NCBI GenBank assembly: GCA_040768245.1
Contig: JAXGNA010000005.1
Location: 36,716 to 100,715, forward strand
From: Methanomassiliicoccales archaeon
GTDB lineage: Archaea > Thermoplasmatota > Thermoplasmata > Methanomassiliicoccales > UBA472
Reading direction: 5' to 3'
DNA length: 64,000 nucleotides
A model generated the notes under the pieces. It made no database searches and was not told the origin of the DNA. It saw nothing but the letters and a program-made list of their open reading frames with translations. Shown piece after piece: positions 26,761 to 34,959 of the stretch. Both the position numbers and the translations under genes were made by a program. Positions within the stretch are counted from its first letter, which is position 1; each line of letters opens with the position of its first letter.

Positions 26761-27489
26761 GTGGGCGGAATGATCACCGTGGAGCAGGCGGTCATAGTGC
26801 TAGTGCTTTGCGCGGCGCTCTCTGCGCTATCGTGGAAGCTGGGGCTGTTGACCGCCGATGGCAGCTTGGCCTCGTTCGGAGTGGGCATGGTCCTCGGCGT
26901 CTTGGGGGGCATAGGGTGGCTCCTGCTGCTGGTCCTCTTCGCCTTCATCGGGTTCCTGGTCACCAAGTTCAAGATGGAACTGAAGATCAAGAAGGGGGTG
27001 CAGGAAGGCAAGAAGGGAGAGAGGAACTACCGTAACGTCCTGGCGAACGGAGCGGTGCCCATGGCCATCGCCTTGTTGACGTCCCTGGTGGGCTGGGAGG
27101 GCGAGCTTCCCGCGTTGATCTACATGAGCGCCGTCTGCGTCGCCGCCGCGGACACGACGGCAAGCGAGCTGGGCGTGCTCTCCGACCGGACGTACATGAT
27201 CACCAATTTCAAGCGCGTGCCGCCGGGAGTGGACGGCGGGGTCTCGCTTTACGGAACGGGATGGGCCATCGCCGCCTCGGCGTTCGCCGCCCTGGCCGGA
27301 TGGATAGTGATACTGGGAACCTGGCCTTCGCTCCTGCTCCTCATACCGGTATCCATGGGCGTCCTGGGATGCTTCATCGACAGCGTGATCGGCGCTACGC
27401 TGGAAACGAGGGGATGGGTGACCAAGCTGTGGAACAACATCACCTCCATGGCCTTGGGCGCGGCCATCGCCCTGCTCGTTCTTTTATAA
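26761..27489 (+). CDS. Integral membrane protein, DUF92/TMEM19 (TIGR00297-like) family
   Basis: 242 aa, multi-pass. Motifs KKGERNYRNVLANG, AAADTTASELG and GVDGGVSLYGT are typical of DUF92. Confidence 0.7.
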   Translation: MGGMITVEQAVIVLVLCAALSALSWKLGLLTADGSLASFGVGMVLGVLGGIGWLLLLVLFAFIGFLVTKFKMELKIKKGVQEGKKGERNYRNVLANGAVPMAIALLTSLVGWEGELPALIYMSAVCVAAADTTASELGVLSDRTYMITNFKRVPPGVDGGVSLYGTGWAIAASAFAALAGWIVILGTWPSLLLLIPVSMGVLGCFIDSVIGATLETRGWVTKLWNNITSMALGAAIALLVLL

Positions 27490-27537
27490 AGAAACCATTA
27501 ATAGAGCCAGGCCGCCTATTGTCACCAGGGGTTTCGG

Positions 27538-27996
27538 TTGGCGGAAAAGGAAGCCTTCGGCGCGTACCTGGTCTTGAAGGGCAACGCCCATTCCGCGTCC
27601 GAATACCTTCGCGAACTGGTCAGACAGGGCTTCGACCCCATCCTGGTGTCCCCGGTCGATGCGGAATTGCCCGCCGATCCCGAGATAGAGGTCCTGGAAC
27701 CGGAGAGGTCCGACCGGGAGGTCCATACGGGGAACAAGGTCCAGCTCCTGCGTGCCCTCCTGGCGCACATTCAGAGAGGTGAGAAGAAGGCGGTGGTCAT
27801 CCTCGACCTGCAGGTGCTTAAGCAAGGTGGAGGATTCCACGACCTCACCGACCTCATAGGAAGGTTGTACGAAGAGGCCTGTGTGAACCGGGGCCTGATC
27901 CTCATGTTCGCAGATCCCACTGGATTCACCAATCAGGAGATGGCCTTCCTGGAAAGGGAGACCTCGGTCATCGAGCGACCGGAGCAGCTTTCCTAG
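27538..27996 (+). CDS. Stand-alone DUF835-like (degenerate RecA/KaiC-fold) protein
   Basis: GAYLVLKGNAHSASEYLRELVRQGFDPILVS ... KKAVVILDLQVLKQGGGFHDLTDLIGRLYEEACVNRGLILMFADPTGFTNQEMAFLERE follows the DUF835 pattern. No Walker A and no membrane domain. Ends with TAG. Confidence 0.6.
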   Translation: MAEKEAFGAYLVLKGNAHSASEYLRELVRQGFDPILVSPVDAELPADPEIEVLEPERSDREVHTGNKVQLLRALLAHIQRGEKKAVVILDLQVLKQGGGFHDLTDLIGRLYEEACVNRGLILMFADPTGFTNQEMAFLERETSVIERPEQLS

Positions 27997-28046
27997 GGGC
28001 TGAGAAACAGTTATATACAATGGTCATTTTCACTGGGCTCAAGGAT

Positions 28047-28169
28047 GGTTTGACGGCCATCGCGGCGGGGATACGCCTGGTCTCGTCCGATCCCAGAAGC
28101 TAAGCCCGCCCGCGTTCCCTGTGTTACTGTGGTGCGCGAGCCCACGGGAAGCCCGGAACGCTGTCAGCC
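28047..28169 (+). rRNA. rrf: 5S rRNA, copy 1
   Basis: GGTTTGACGGCCATCGCGGCGGGGATACGCCTGGTCTCGTCCGATCCCAGAAGCTAAGCCC...GGGAAGCCCGGAACGCTGTCAGCC. Helix I pairing TTGACGGC/GCTGTCAG, conserved CCGATCCCAGAAGCTAAGCC loop C/helix III region, T-rich tract downstream. Confidence 0.85.
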
Positions 28170-28282
28170 TCCTTACTTTTCATCTCATTTTTTCTATAGA
28201 TGTATTCTCATTCAGCGTTCCCGCCGTTCCAGAAAAATGAAAATTTGGGAAAAGGTTTGGAACGAAAGGGTTTGCTGCTCAC

Positions 28283-31200
28283 CTAGGGGTGTATACCGCC
28301 CTCGTTGTACTCGGCCAGCAACTCCGCCAGGTCGTGGGCCATCTGCTGGTCCTCTGCCGAGAGCGGGTCACCGATCTGGTGGACTTCCAGGAAGTCCGTG
28401 GCATCCTCGATGACGCCGACGTACTTCGCCGGGGCCCCCCACATCTCATCGTTCAGCATGGCGGCCATGTACTGGTGCGCCAGGACGATGATCATATCGC
28501 CCGCGGGCGGGGTCCAGAACACCTCCATCCAGGTCATGCCGGAATCGAAGAACATGGCGTCAGGGCTTATTCCGACCCATGCATCCCCGTGGTTCTTCCA
28601 GTATCCCTGGGTGGCGGCGTAGTACCAGATGTCCACGCACACTCTAGCCGTATCGTTCACCCACATGTCCCACTCGACCGGCCCGGCCTGTCCGTAGGCG
28701 GTGGCAACGTTGCAGATCTTGTCGCCCTCATAGTCCTCAGGTATCGTGTACTCGTAGGTGAACTCCCACCACTCTCCGACCTCCAGGATGCCATCCTCGT
28801 ATCCTTCGTAGTCATGGAGCCAGAAGGTCTCATTGAGCAGGGAGTCGTACACGTGCACATTGTACAGAGGCACGTTGCCGCAGTTGGTGACGTTCACCGT
28901 GTAGATCAGTTTACCGCCGGGTATCGCCATTCCGCTGTGGTTGCCCTCATTGTAATCGGTCAGGACTTCCGCCAGCATCAAGGCGTACTCACGGTCCTCG
29001 CCCTGCGGGTTGCTGCCTACGGGGTGCTCCAGCAGGAACTCCTCGGCATCCTCGATGAATCCATCGTAGACGTCCGGGGCGCCCCACTTCAGGTCGTTCA
29101 GCTTGGCCGCCAGGTACTGGTGGGCCAGGATGATCGAGGCATCTCCCTTCGGAGCGGTGTTGAACACCTGGATGAAGCTCAGTCCACCAGGGAACTTAGT
29201 GAAATCAACCGCCTGCGTGCCGCCTATCGAGAACGGTGCATACGGGCAGATCTCCTCCCAGGCGCTCAGGTGGTTCTTCCAGTATCCCTGGGTGTGCGAC
29301 TGATACTCCTCCTCGACGTCCCACCACACGCTCTTGGTCACGTTGATGCACGGCAGCACCTCGAAGTTGGTGAAGTTGAAGGAGTACACAGCTCCGCTGG
29401 TGACCGGTCCGAACTCATGCTCGGTGTCGGTCGTCGGCAGCCATCCGACTATCTCCTCTTCACCTACCTTGTACTTACCAGGCCCGAGATCGAACCAGGT
29501 GTGGCAGCCGCAGGTTCCGGTGTAGTTGGTGTCGATTAGGTCCCAATCCTCGCCGTTCCACTTGTACAGGTAGACCTCCCAACCTTCGATCGGGGAGTCG
29601 TCATCGCTCAGTCCGTCACCGGTGAGGTCCTCAAGCTTGCAGACGGTGATGGCCACCAGCTTGAAGTTCAGGAAGGTGACGGATTCGCACCCACCTGACT
29701 CATCGATGGTAACCATCTGAGTGACACCACCATTGGTGTTGGCCCAGCCATCAGGCAGAACCTCCTCGACGGTGTAGCTGCCCAGCTCCAGGTCCTCGAA
29801 GCAGACCTTTCCGTCCGCTCCAGTGACGCCGGAGTCGATAGGCTCCTCACCCTCGGAGATAGCGCCCATGTACAGGTTGATAGTGACGCCGGATACCGCC
29901 GGTTCGCCCTCGTCCCAGTTACCGTCGCCGTTAAGATCGTCGTACTTGAACACGCAGATCTTGCCGAGGCGGATGTTCAGGAAGGTGACCACTTCGGTTT
30001 CCCCAACAACATCGACGGTGACCTCCTGGGTCAGAGAACCATCGGTGTACCAGCCTTCGAGCATGATCTCCTCGACCGTGTACAATCCGAAATTGAGACC
30101 ATTGAAGCAGACCTTTCCGTCCGCTCCAGTGACGCCGGAGTCGATAGGCTCCTCACCCTCGGAGATAGCGCCCTTGTACAAGTTGACAGTGACGCCTGGC
30201 ACCGCCGGTTCTCCCTCGTCCCAGTTACCGTCGCCGTTAAGATCGTCGAATTTGTATACGCATATATTACCAAGAGGATAGTTGTAGAAGGTCATCGCAA
30301 TCTCTTGGTCGGCGGTGGTCAAAGTAATGTATTTCGGCTCCGCACTAGTATAGTTCGAATTTGGCGCGGATACTTCAACCATCTTGTAATTGCCGAGCAT
30401 CAGGTTCTCCCAGAACTCGGTATATCCATCGGAACCGGTGACCTTGGTGCCCAGAGAGTTCCATGCTCCGTTCTGGTAGAACAGTTCGAACGTCCAGCCA
30501 ACACCCGGAGAACGGTCGGTAGTGGTGGTCAGATCACCATCGTTATCGATGATCTTGTGCGCCCTTATCTTCCCGGGCATGGAGTTACCGAAATCGATCC
30601 CGGTGTGGACGAGCGCTGTGCCATTAACTGTTACGGTGTACGTAGCGTTGGTCGGATAGGTCTGGGTCCACCCTAGTTTCTGAACTTCGGATATAATGTA
30701 TATTCCCCACGGGACCTGAGAGAAACTGTAGCTCCCATCGGATGCCGTGGTGGTTTCCATATGGATCGGGAATCCGCCAAAGGACGTTCCATTGAGTATT
30801 ATGGTCCAATTGGACAGACCACTCTCACCTGGATCCCTTATGTGGTTAGAGTTGGCATCGTTGAACTTCATTCCGGAGATGCTTCCCGCAGCATATGTGA
30901 CAGGGATGCTCTGGGTCTGTGCGCTCGTTCCAGTGAACACCAGGGACAGAGCTACCTGCAGGGACGCCCCTGGGAAGTAAGCCGCACCGTAGTAGTAGCC
31001 CATCGGTACGCCCTGCCCAGGAGTGGTCTGTACATTGCTGTAGAATGCCGTCTCCGCCACATGAGCCTGGAAGTAGATGTATATCGATGTTCCGACCGGC
31101 ACGGTGAAGAAGCCTGCCGAGAACATGTAGTAGTTCTGTATCGTCTGTCCGCTCATTCCGAAGAACTGGTTCGATAATGTCGGTACGATCGGGTCAACCA

Positions 31201-31378
31201 CGTTCATGGTGTTGGTGACCCCTTCGGATTGGGCAGGGAACTGTACCGTCCAGTCCGCCCTGTTGTATCCCCACAGAACTTCAGCATCTATACCATATGC
31301 TGTTTTTCCCTTGTTGAAATGATCATATACGGAATCAAGTTGTGGTGACGAATTATTCGTTCCTGTGTCGTGCGTCAA
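28283..31378 (-). CDS. Large adhesin-like surface protein with SdrD-B/Cna-B-type modules and duplicated C-terminal modules (body of gene; see 31439-31597)
   Basis: 1031-aa ORF beginning at a TTG. Several modules of the form kFnD.NgNG..D.GE.G..GvTv.L...G....tTTd.dG.Y.F..l..G.Y.V.E, e.g. ICVYKFDDLNGDGNWDEGEPAVPGVTVNLY...GADGKVCFNGLNFGLYTVEE. Two TQGYWKNH...LAHQY.AA.LN..WGAP..Y.G.IEDA..FL modules. Confidence 0.8.
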   Translation of the reverse strand: MTHDTGTNNSSPQLDSVYDHFNKGKTAYGIDAEVLWGYNRADWTVQFPAQSEGVTNTMNVVDPIVPTLSNQFFGMSGQTIQNYYMFSAGFFTVPVGTSIYIYFQAHVAETAFYSNVQTTPGQGVPMGYYYGAAYFPGASLQVALSLVFTGTSAQTQSIPVTYAAGSISGMKFNDANSNHIRDPGESGLSNWTIILNGTSFGGFPIHMETTTASDGSYSFSQVPWGIYIISEVQKLGWTQTYPTNATYTVTVNGTALVHTGIDFGNSMPGKIRAHKIIDNDGDLTTTTDRSPGVGWTFELFYQNGAWNSLGTKVTGSDGYTEFWENLMLGNYKMVEVSAPNSNYTSAEPKYITLTTADQEIAMTFYNYPLGNICVYKFDDLNGDGNWDEGEPAVPGVTVNLYKGAISEGEEPIDSGVTGADGKVCFNGLNFGLYTVEEIMLEGWYTDGSLTQEVTVDVVGETEVVTFLNIRLGKICVFKYDDLNGDGNWDEGEPAVSGVTINLYMGAISEGEEPIDSGVTGADGKVCFEDLELGSYTVEEVLPDGWANTNGGVTQMVTIDESGGCESVTFLNFKLVAITVCKLEDLTGDGLSDDDSPIEGWEVYLYKWNGEDWDLIDTNYTGTCGCHTWFDLGPGKYKVGEEEIVGWLPTTDTEHEFGPVTSGAVYSFNFTNFEVLPCINVTKSVWWDVEEEYQSHTQGYWKNHLSAWEEICPYAPFSIGGTQAVDFTKFPGGLSFIQVFNTAPKGDASIILAHQYLAAKLNDLKWGAPDVYDGFIEDAEEFLLEHPVGSNPQGEDREYALMLAEVLTDYNEGNHSGMAIPGGKLIYTVNVTNCGNVPLYNVHVYDSLLNETFWLHDYEGYEDGILEVGEWWEFTYEYTIPEDYEGDKICNVATAYGQAGPVEWDMWVNDTARVCVDIWYYAATQGYWKNHGDAWVGISPDAMFFDSGMTWMEVFWTPPAGDMIIVLAHQYMAAMLNDEMWGAPAKYVGVIEDATDFLEVHQIGDPLSAEDQQMAHDLAELLAEYNEGGIHP
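29798..30251 (-). repeat. In-frame 306-nt tandem duplication inside the adhesin gene
   Basis: A 70-nt block is identical at 29798-29867 and 30104-30173 (offset 306 nt = 102 codons). High identity continues for roughly 80 more nt. Confidence 0.8.
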
Positions 31379-31438
31379 GATATACTTGAATCCTATTAGA
31401 TCTCCTTCGTGATAACCAGCCAGGTTTCCATTGACCTA

Positions 31439-31597
31439 GTTCATTTGGACAGGGTCCCAAGCATATAATTCCGAGGTCCACTTGTCTCCTGCGGCCTCCA
31501 CACCTGTGGGTATGGCAACCAGCATTGCAGAAGAGACCATTATAAATGCCAAAATAAGGACAATGGTCTTCGTGAACCTGCGGGTAGTTACACCTAT
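31439..31597 (-). CDS. Upstream in-frame segment of the adhesin gene encoding its signal peptide, separated from the body by one TAG (31436-31438)
   Basis: Translation (ATA)GVTTRRFTKTIVLILAFIMVSSAMLVAIPTGVEAAGDKWTSELYAWDPVQMN-TAG-VNGNLAGYHEGDLIGFKYI-(TTG 31378). Same frame as the 1031-aa ORF, with the upstream in-frame stop TAA at 31622-31624. The only canonical starts in this segment are TTG 31552 and ATG 31540/31525, all inside the h-region. Confidence 0.5.
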
Positions 31598-32039
31598 GTT
31601 AGTATTCGTATAGTTCCCCCCTTAAGCGCTTACTAAGATGTTTTTTATCGGGGTGCGATCCCCCTAAGCTCGACATCGGTGAGAAGTAGGTAAAGCCGGC
31701 ACGTCTGTCGACTTGTAAGTCGGTATCGTTTTTGATATCGAGTTATTGTATGTTATTGCCTTGTAGTTGCGGTATATTAACGTTTTTGGAACAAATGTGA
31801 AATCGTAAATGATAATGTACATCGTCTAATCTTGATGCTGGATGGTTAAAATTAGGCGTGATAACGAGTGTCATTGATAAAGATTATTTTTTCGATCATG
31901 AATAATTTAGTATGATTATTGTAATTGATATCGACAAGGCAAAATTAGCATTAAATATTATAGTATATATTATAATAAATAGAATAATAACTCAATCCTA
32001 AAGATTAAATATCATATCCATAATGCCTTGAATCAGAAT

Positions 32040-32162
32040 GGTTTGACGGCCATCGCGGCGGGGATACGCCTGGTCTCGTCCGATCCCAGAAGCTAAGCCC
32101 GCCCGCGTTCCCTGTGTTACTGTGGTGCGCGAGCCCACGGGAAGCCCGGAACGCTGTCAGCC
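32040..32162 (+). rRNA. rrf: 5S rRNA, copy 2 (identical to copy 1)
   Basis: A 125-nt block at 32038-32162 is base-for-base identical to 28045-28169. The upstream flank differs (AT-rich) and so does the downstream flank. Confidence 0.85.
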
Positions 32163-32354
32163 ATTCTAATTCTTTATCTCCTTCTCGAATACCAGATTTT
32201 TAATCGCTGTGTTCTATCAATGCAATAGGATTAATACCAATCAGGAACCTAGTCCTCTCCGGAGTTGAAGGTGGTATAGCTGGACGCGGACCAGATCTTC
32301 CTGATCGCCCTTCTTGTCGTTCTCGGCATAGTCATCTATCTCGAGCTAAGGTTC

Positions 32355-33080
32355 ATGCGCTCCCGCAACAAGGAGTATATCGAGCGGATGATGGACAAGG
32401 ACGATGCGTACAACACCCTCGCCACCACCAAGGCCATCGCCGCCTCCCTCAAACAAAAGGGGAGGGACACCAAGGAAGCCGACATGGTCATGATCCAGGC
32501 CGATAATGCTTACAAACGCAACAACTACATCGCTGCGAGGGACCAGGCCAAGCGTGCCCGCGAACTCTTGATGAAGGCGCCTATGTTGGAGGTCGCCGCT
32601 CCCAGGTCTGCCGAGACCGTCTCAGAAGAGCAGCCCGAAGAGGAGCATAAGATGGTGCACGAGGTCAAGAAGCTCGAGCCGCACATGCTCGAGTCGCGAT
32701 TTATCATCAATGCCTGCCGTGGTAGGATCGAGACCGCTGAGGGCTCAGGCAAGGACGTCCTCAAAGCCAAGGACGCTCTGGCCAGGGCGGAAAAGTGCTT
32801 TGAGGATAAGAAATACGATGAGGCCCTGCGCGAAGGCCTTCGGGTCCGGAAGATGCTTGGTGAAGAACCGTCGGAACCGGAAGCGGTCAAGGAGGCGGTG
32901 ATCGTCAAGGTCCCCAAGCCAGAGAGGAAGTGCGAGAAGTGCTCCAATACCATCAGCAACGATGATGTTTTCTGCCGCAAGTGCGGCGCGCCGGTGGTAG
33001 TAAAACGCGCCTGTGCCTATTGCCGCGCCGATCTGGAGACTGGCGACATATTCTGTCCAAAATGCGGCCGCAAGGCCTGA
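32355..33080 (+). CDS. Coiled-coil protein with C-terminal double zinc ribbon (probably membrane-anchored; true start likely near 32265-32280)
   Basis: C-terminus CEKCSNTISNDDVFCRKCGAPVVVKRACAYCRADLETGDIFCPKCG, with Lys/Glu/Ala-rich helical repeats before it. The in-frame upstream sequence encodes the TM helix IFLIALLVVLGIVIYL (see finding). Confidence 0.6.
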   Translation: MRSRNKEYIERMMDKDDAYNTLATTKAIAASLKQKGRDTKEADMVMIQADNAYKRNNYIAARDQAKRARELLMKAPMLEVAAPRSAETVSEEQPEEEHKMVHEVKKLEPHMLESRFIINACRGRIETAEGSGKDVLKAKDALARAEKCFEDKKYDEALREGLRVRKMLGEEPSEPEAVKEAVIVKVPKPERKCEKCSNTISNDDVFCRKCGAPVVVKRACAYCRADLETGDIFCPKCGRKA

Positions 33081-33133
33081 AGGCCACAGGCTGTAACATT
33101 AATACATCAAGACCAATTATCCCGCGGAATCAA

Positions 33134-33904
33134 ATGATCCTGGTGAAATTGGGCGGAAGCGTCATAACCGACAAGGGCCGGTACCGCACCTTCGATCCGG
33201 AGACCGCCGGTCGGCTGGCGGAGGAGATCGCCAGGACCGGGCAGGACGTGATGGTCGTTCACGGCGCCGGGTCCTTCGGGCACATGCTGGCCAAGGAGCA
33301 CCGGCTCCATCTGGGCATAACCGATGATTCTCAATTGCTGGGTGCGTCGCTGGTCATGTCCGATGTGCGCGAGCTTGACCTGGAAGTATGTCGAATAATG
33401 TCCGCCAAGGGCCTGCGGGCGGTTCCGTTACCGCCGGCCTCCTGCGCGGTGATGAGCGATGGCCAGCTGAAACATCTGGATCTGAACGTCTTCAAGTCCT
33501 ACCTCGAGCTGAGCATGGTCCCGGTGACCTTCGGCGATGTCGTCCGGGATGAGGTGCGAGGGCTGAGCATATGCTCAGGAGATCAGCTCATGGCCGCCCT
33601 GGCCAAGGAGTTCCGGCCTAGCAAGGTGATATTCGTTACCGACGTCGATGGCGTGTTCACCGCCGACCCCACGCAAGATCCCCAGGCGGAACTGATAGGG
33701 ACGGTCGACCAGAAGGTGCTTGATTCTTTACCACGAACCGAACGGAACGTGGACGTCACCGGAAGCATATTCGCCAAGATACGTTACATGATCGACATGG
33801 CGTCGCTGACCGGTGAATGCCTTGTACTGAACGGAAAAGTGCCCGGAAGGCTGGAGGCGGCCGTCCGCGGTGACGATGTGATCGCCTCCAGGGTGATTTC
33901 ATGA
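33134..33904 (+). CDS. ipk: Isopentenyl phosphate kinase
   Basis: Starts MILVKLGGSVITDK (amino-acid-kinase fold), with VVHGAGSFGH and FVTDVDGVF motifs. The 5' extension of track ORF 32981 overlaps the previous gene and is rejected. Confidence 0.85.
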   Translation: MILVKLGGSVITDKGRYRTFDPETAGRLAEEIARTGQDVMVVHGAGSFGHMLAKEHRLHLGITDDSQLLGASLVMSDVRELDLEVCRIMSAKGLRAVPLPPASCAVMSDGQLKHLDLNVFKSYLELSMVPVTFGDVVRDEVRGLSICSGDQLMAALAKEFRPSKVIFVTDVDGVFTADPTQDPQAELIGTVDQKVLDSLPRTERNVDVTGSIFAKIRYMIDMASLTGECLVLNGKVPGRLEAAVRGDDVIASRVIS

Positions 33905-34959
33905 AGAAGATCGAGAGGCGCAAATCGGACCACATCGAAGTGACGCTCAGGGAGAAGGTAGTGCCTGATTACGACTACTGGTCGGACGTCAAGCTGGTCC
34001 ACCGCGCTTTACCTGAGGTGAACATGGACGACATCGACACTTCGGTGACCCTGTTCGGGAAGAGGCTGGAGATGCCCCTGGTCATTACGGCCATAACTGG
34101 CGGGTTCCCCCTGGCCAAGAAGATCAACCAGAACCTGGCGGAAGCATGCGCTGAAGCGGGCGTGGGACTGGGCGTGGGCAGCCAACGGCCGGCCATCGAG
34201 AACGGGGACGACGGGACGTATTCCGTGGTCAAGGATTACGACGTTCCGCTGGTCATCGGCAACGTAGGAGCGCCCCAGCTGGTGAAGCAGAAGAGAAAGA
34301 AGGCGTTCAGCGTGGAGGACGTGCTCCGGGCGCAGGAGGTGGTCGGAGCGGACATCATGGCCGTGCATCTCAACTTCCTCCAGGAGGTGGTCCAGCCGGA
34401 GGGCGACCTCAACGCCGAAGGATGCCTTGATGGCATACGAGCGATAGCACGGGAGGGTCCGACCATGGTCAAGGAGACCGGGGCCGGGATATCCAGGGAG
34501 ACTGCGCTATTGCTCAAGGGCACCGGCATAAGGGGGATGGACGTCTCCGGGGTCGGGGGTACCAGCTTCGCCGCGGTGGAGATGTATAGGGCCGAATCGC
34601 AGGATAACCGGATGGCCTCCGCATTGGGAAGGACGTTCTTCGACTGGGGCATTCCCGCGCCGGCCGCGGTGCTGGAAGCGGACGTCGGCCTGGAGATCGT
34701 CGCCAGCGGCGGGGTGGACGACGGACTTCGCATGGCCAAGGGATTGGCCATCGGGGCAAATGCCGCCGGTTGCGCACGGGCGGTCCTGGCGGAGGCCATG
34801 GAATCCAGCCAGGCCGTGCTGGAAAAGATCAATGTCATGAAGGCCGAACTCAAGGCGGCCATGTTCCTGACCGGCTGCGCCAGCGTGGACGAGCTGCGCC
34901 AGCGCCGGGTCATCATTAGCGGGCGGACCGCCGACTGGCTGACCGCCTCGGAGGACTGA
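33901..34959 (+). CDS. fni: Isopentenyl-diphosphate delta-isomerase, type 2 (FMN-dependent)
   Basis: RKSDHIEV N-terminus, TIM-barrel FMN motifs ITAITGG, VKETGAGIS, ASGGVDDG. ATGA overlap with ipk. Confidence 0.9.
   Translation: MKKIERRKSDHIEVTLREKVVPDYDYWSDVKLVHRALPEVNMDDIDTSVTLFGKRLEMPLVITAITGGFPLAKKINQNLAEACAEAGVGLGVGSQRPAIENGDDGTYSVVKDYDVPLVIGNVGAPQLVKQKRKKAFSVEDVLRAQEVVGADIMAVHLNFLQEVVQPEGDLNAEGCLDGIRAIAREGPTMVKETGAGISRETALLLKGTGIRGMDVSGVGGTSFAAVEMYRAESQDNRMASALGRTFFDWGIPAPAAVLEADVGLEIVASGGVDDGLRMAKGLAIGANAAGCARAVLAEAMESSQAVLEKINVMKAELKAAMFLTGCASVDELRQRRVIISGRTADWLTASED

Noticed and set aside
27994-28053. Possible readthrough of the TAG that ends the DUF835 gene
   Set aside because: The extension would add only 19 codons of non-conserved sequence and would run into the 5S rRNA gene and its promoter, so this is treated as a genuine stop.
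28129-28413. 94-aa ORF starting inside 5S rRNA copy 1
   Set aside because: It begins within the rRNA sequence and runs antisense into the adhesin 3' end, so it is an artefact of ORF calling.
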